A DNA stretch of 63,794 nt, counting the filler. It is 4 parts of 4 records of this genome, joined end to end, with 100 filler letters (N's around TTAATTAATTAA, not from the genome) between each part and the next. Parts side by side here need not be neighbours in the genome. Positions count along the whole stretch, not along the records: positions 57,963 to 63,794 come from DRR723986_7147; 3 more parts are not named here. One strand, written 5' to 3'. The stretch's first letter is position 1. The number at the start of each line of letters is the position of its first letter. Under the pieces are notes generated by a model. It was not told the DNA's origin, ran no database searches, and saw only the letters and a program-made list of their open reading frames with translations. The translations under genes and the position numbers were made by a program. This document shows, in pieces, positions 60,270-63,794 of this stretch.

Positions 60270-60700
60270 CAAAGTTGCGTTCAACTTCAGCCTGAGCCAT
60301 TCGCATCGCACGATCAGAGAACGGCATTGTGTCCTATTGTCGGGTTTCTAACTGATGTTCAATTTCCTCCCGCATTCCAGGCAATCGTAATTCGTGCAAG
60401 AGATCAGAGAGTTGTGTATTTGCCATAATTGCGTTTCTTACGATTGAACTTCAGAATGTCGGAGAAGTATTGGCGACCACGAACGTTGCCGAAGGGCATC
60501 AGGGCTTCGGTCTCAGAGGATTCATCTGGTGAGAATGTCTGCAAACCAGCGTTGATAATTTCCTCAACTTTTCTCGGATTTAGGATGCCTAATATCACAG
60601 TCTTTTGGCACGCAGCGTCGACATCATCGGCTGCGTGCTGGTTAGCAAGCTGTATCAATTTTGTTGCGGCATTGGCGGTCTCGCTTGGTTTTTATGTCTC
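60270..60700 (-). mobile_element. IS21-family remnant (istA 3' end and istB 5' end)
   Basis: VDAACQK...GNVRGRQYF (IstA C-terminal motif), then MANTQLSDLLHELRLPGMREEIEHQLETRQ*DTMPFSDR...AEVER (IstB N-terminus with a stop). Confidence 0.65.
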
Positions 60701-60716
60701 CTGAAATGGTTGGATA

Positions 60717-61430
60717 TCAGTTGAATGGCGTTGTCCCCAACCTCGCGTACGGCTGCCTTCGCTCCCTCAAGACGCAACAACGATGCCTGCTGATGATTAC
60801 CCTCGCTTGATGATCAACCATTGCAATACTTTGGACGGAAACGGACAAACGATCCATCATTGCGCCAGAGCCGTCCTTTCGTTGGTTGTTTCGTTGGCAC
60901 TTTAAGCCCCTGACGTCGCCATATCGGCCGAACTGGCGCGTCAGCTCGATCATATCTGCGATCAGGCGTTCTTCGTCAGCACGCCCGCACGGTAGCCGTC
61001 TCTACGTTGACCGGTGCTGGCCCAACACGTGGCACACACGACGCTCGTAAACCTTCATCTTGCAGCCACATGATCAATGCAGGCCCGCCTACGTGAAGGG
61101 CTCAGAAGTTTTCCGATGCGGCCTCCTTCAAGATCAACTTGTCCAAAATCAGGTCAGAAACCTCATGCCTAACGCGCTCGTTGTCTTTCTGTAGCCGCTT
61201 CAGTTCCTTGAGTTGTTTCGTGCCCATTTCGCTATACTTCTTCTTCCAACGGTAAAAGGTATGTTCAGTCACGCTGATTTGACGGATAACATCGATCCTG
61301 GGCATGCCTTACCGCATCAGAACTTCAACCTGCCGTAACTTTACAAGAATCCCTTCCGGCTTGGGCCTCTTCATCGCCATCTTTGATCCTCTGATTTCCT
61401 AATCATAGGCGCGGGGGGGGATGGGTGCCA
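60717..61430 (-). mobile_element. IS3-family (IS407 group) remnant
   Basis: OrfA MAMKRPKPE..KLRQVEVL..*..VTEHTFYRWKKKY...KELKRLQKDN...LDKLILKEAA; OrfB start SPSRRRACI...ERRVC.VLGQHRST...ADMIELTRQFGRYG, then truncated. Confidence 0.8.
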
Positions 61431-61446
61431 GTTTCCTGGTTAGAAT

Positions 61447-62040
61447 TCATGTTGCTGAAGCGTAGATCTCAAAGTCTTTGGCGTGATGTTGGCGAAACTT
61501 TTGCTCTACCTCTGGGGACAAATGCAAACTCATTTCAGGGGACGTGTTTTCGCGCTTGAGCTCAAGATTTGTAGACAAGCGTTCTTCAAGATAGCGTACG
61601 GCCAAGTGCATCGAGTCATACTTGAATAAATGTGTCACGGGCGCACTCCCGTTAGGTGGTCGCAAGAAACGTTCTTGGCTGCCAACATTTGCGAATCCGG
61701 GGCGCGGAGACTCCATATACGCAAGTACAAAGTCGTCAAAACTGATCTCGTGTGTCGAATTTGGGCGGCCTTTCATATAGTGCCGCCGTCTGTAGCGATA
61801 CCAACTTCCAAGCCAGTCAATGGGCTCTCGCACCACCGCCATGGTTTCCATTTTTACGCCACTTACTTCTGAAAACATGGGTTTGAAAAACTGATTGTAT
61901 CTGTAAAGTGGCGTGTGTTTCAGCTCGGGTGGGTTGGCGATCACGATCTCGGCGCGATCACGCAAGGCAGTTTGAAGCGCAGTGGTACCTGTTTTGGGCA
62001 CAGAAAAAAGAACTAGACGTTCCTTAAAGAAAACAAGCAT
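61447..62040 (-). CDS. Sulfotransferase-like P-loop protein
   Basis: VPKTGTTAL (5'-PAPS loop) and REPIDWLGSWYRY (3'-phosphate motif). Confidence 0.7.
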   Translation of the reverse strand: MLVFFKERLVLFSVPKTGTTALQTALRDRAEIVIANPPELKHTPLYRYNQFFKPMFSEVSGVKMETMAVVREPIDWLGSWYRYRRRHYMKGRPNSTHEISFDDFVLAYMESPRPGFANVGSQERFLRPPNGSAPVTHLFKYDSMHLAVRYLEERLSTNLELKRENTSPEMSLHLSPEVEQKFRQHHAKDFEIYASAT

Positions 62041-62300
62041 TTGCTGAGCCCTTTTGAGTGATGACTAAGTGAAATATTGGCTTAATCTGGTTGTATAGGC
62101 AATGCGTCTTGGCTGACTTTCGGCGTTGTTTGGGTTCGGTAAACGGCAAGTCTTGGGGGGAATAGGCCTTAGGTCCAATTAGAGTTTATAAAGCGTTAAC
62201 CATCATCCTCTACTTTTTCTGGTGAAAGTAGACGACCGGGACCTCGGGAGGAGGGGTTGTGGCGTTAAAATCACCACAGTATCGAATATTTGTTTGAAAT

Positions 62301-62337
62301 GTTCTTGGTTTGGTCTTATTGAGAACGTAAGTGGAAC
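62301..62337 (+). promoter_or_regulatory. Alphaproteobacterial LexA (SOS) boxes upstream of recA
   Basis: GAAC-GTAAGTG-GAAC (62323-62337, perfect) and GTTC-TTGGTTT-GGTC (62301-62315, one mismatch). Confidence 0.8.
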
Positions 62338-62392
62338 AAACCTAGGATTGCCGCCCGACATCGGGTGTGACACAAGGAAGAGGAACGAGACA

Positions 62393-63463
62393 ATGGCGGA
62401 TCTTCTGACGATGAGCAACAAGCAGAACGAAGGCAAAAAAAAGGCGTTAGATAGCGCCCTGGCACAGATTGAACGTCAGTTTGGCAAAGGGTCAATCATG
62501 AAGCTGGGGGATGGCAACGCCATTCAGGAAATCGAAGCCAGCTCTACCGGTTCTTTGGGATTGGATATTGCGCTTGGCATTGGTGGTCTTCCGATGGGGC
62601 GTATCGTCGAGATTTACGGCCCGGAAAGTTCTGGTAAGACGACGTTGACACTGCATTGTGTGGCTGAGCAGCAAAAACGCGGCGGTGTTTGTGCGTTTGT
62701 GGATGCAGAACATGCGCTGGACCCTCTGTACGCACGCAAGTTGGGTGTCGATCTTGATGAGTTGTTGATTTCGCAGCCTGACACAGGTGAGCAGGCTCTG
62801 GAAATTACCGACACGTTGGTCCGGTCCGGTGCCGTCAATATGGTTGTGGTGGATTCAGTTGCAGCCCTGACCCCCAAGTCCGAACTCGAAGGTGATATGG
62901 GTGACAGCAGCGTTGGTGTACAGGCGCGCTTGATGAGCCAGGCCATGCGTAAACTGACCGGGTCGATCAGCCGTTCGAAATGTATGGTTATCTTTATCAA
63001 CCAAATCCGGATGAAAATCGGCGTCATGTTTGGCTCGCCGGAAACCACGACAGGTGGTAACGCGCTGAAGTTCTATAGCTCTGTTCGCTTGGATATTCGC
63101 CGTATTGGTCAGATCAAAGACCGCGACGAGGTTGTAGGCAATGCGACCCGCGTAAAGGTGGTCAAAAACAAAGTCGCGCCACCGTTCAAGCAGGTTGAAT
63201 TCGACATCATGTATGGCGAAGGGATCTCTAAAATGGGTGAACTTTTGGATCTGGGTGTCAAGGCAGGCGTCGTCGGGAAATCGGGTTCTTGGTTCAGTTA
63301 CGGTGATGAGCGGATCGGGCAAGGGCGTGAGAACGCAAAACAGTTCTTGCGAGATAACGAGCGAATGGCCTTTGATATCGAGGACAAGATCCGCGCCGCG
63401 CATGGGCTGGACTTTGAAATGCCGCCTGAATCTGATGCAGAGGATGACATCCTCGAAGGGTGA
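62393..63463 (+). CDS. recA: Recombinase A
   Basis: [63 protein letters not shown]. Confidence 0.98.
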   Translation: MADLLTMSNKQNEGKKKALDSALAQIERQFGKGSIMKLGDGNAIQEIEASSTGSLGLDIALGIGGLPMGRIVEIYGPESSGKTTLTLHCVAEQQKRGGVCAFVDAEHALDPLYARKLGVDLDELLISQPDTGEQALEITDTLVRSGAVNMVVVDSVAALTPKSELEGDMGDSSVGVQARLMSQAMRKLTGSISRSKCMVIFINQIRMKIGVMFGSPETTTGGNALKFYSSVRLDIRRIGQIKDRDEVVGNATRVKVVKNKVAPPFKQVEFDIMYGEGISKMGELLDLGVKAGVVGKSGSWFSYGDERIGQGRENAKQFLRDNERMAFDIEDKIRAAHGLDFEMPPESDAEDDILEG

Positions 63464-63527
63464 AAATTCTGCTGTTCGGCTTGTTTGAAAAGCATGAATA
63501 GATGCGCGTTTAGTTTGAAAAATTCAG

Positions 63528-63557
63528 AACAAGACGGCCTTACGGGCCGTCTTGTTT
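63528..63557 (+). terminator. Terminator hairpin after recA
   Basis: AACAAGACGGCC-TTACG-GGCCGTCTTGTTT. Confidence 0.7.
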
Positions 63558-63623
63558 CGTTTCAAGGCTTGCGGACTGTGGACAGTCAGCAGGCGGGTCG
63601 ATAAACCTGCTCGGAACCAATAG

Positions 63624-63794
<171 letters not shown>

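Noticed and set aside
61413-61420. G8 tract as a possible phase-variation switch
   Set aside because: It lies at the end of the decayed IS3 element, outside any intact gene or evident promoter.

Overview
The window is four contigs joined by three artificial 100-nt linkers (N44-TTAATTAATTAA-N44) at 27976-28075, 43908-44007 and 57863-57962. Contigs 1-3 are GC-rich alphaproteobacterial DNA that looks Rhizobiales/Labrenzia-Roseibium-like (inferred from gene content). They carry a hexuronate catabolic operon (kdgK, gntR, uxaC, TRAP, kdgF, kduID, uxuBA) and the start of a sox sulfur-oxidation cluster (two YeeE/SoxT transporters, an MBL hydrolase, soxRSVWXY). They also carry msrA, an MCP, a pabBC fusion, pheST, LysR modules, the lepA end, serC, an OMP gene, glmM-ftsH-tilS and the full tol-pal locus. 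Contig 4 is lower in GC and Rhodobacteraceae-like: a tRNA-Ser end, a decayed island (serine recombinase pseudogene, GIY-YIG-like fragment, IS21 and IS3 relics), recA with LexA boxes, and the start of alaS. The best candidate for an undescribed system is 11340-21079, a seven-gene cluster in which every protein appears exported. It encodes three caspase-like (C14) proteases with intact His/Cys dyads and DUF4384-like tails, two OmpA-like peptidoglycan-binding proteins, and two ClpP/crotonase-fold proteins with cell-wall-binding tails. This suggests a cell-envelope proteolytic cascade. Other candidates are a tandem triplet of small 4-Cys secreted proteins, a SLATT-like gene between pheS and pheT, a His-rich MCP with a small partner gene, and an unannotated 56-aa protein opposite a LysR gene. 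All family assignments come from motif recognition by eye; no searches were run.
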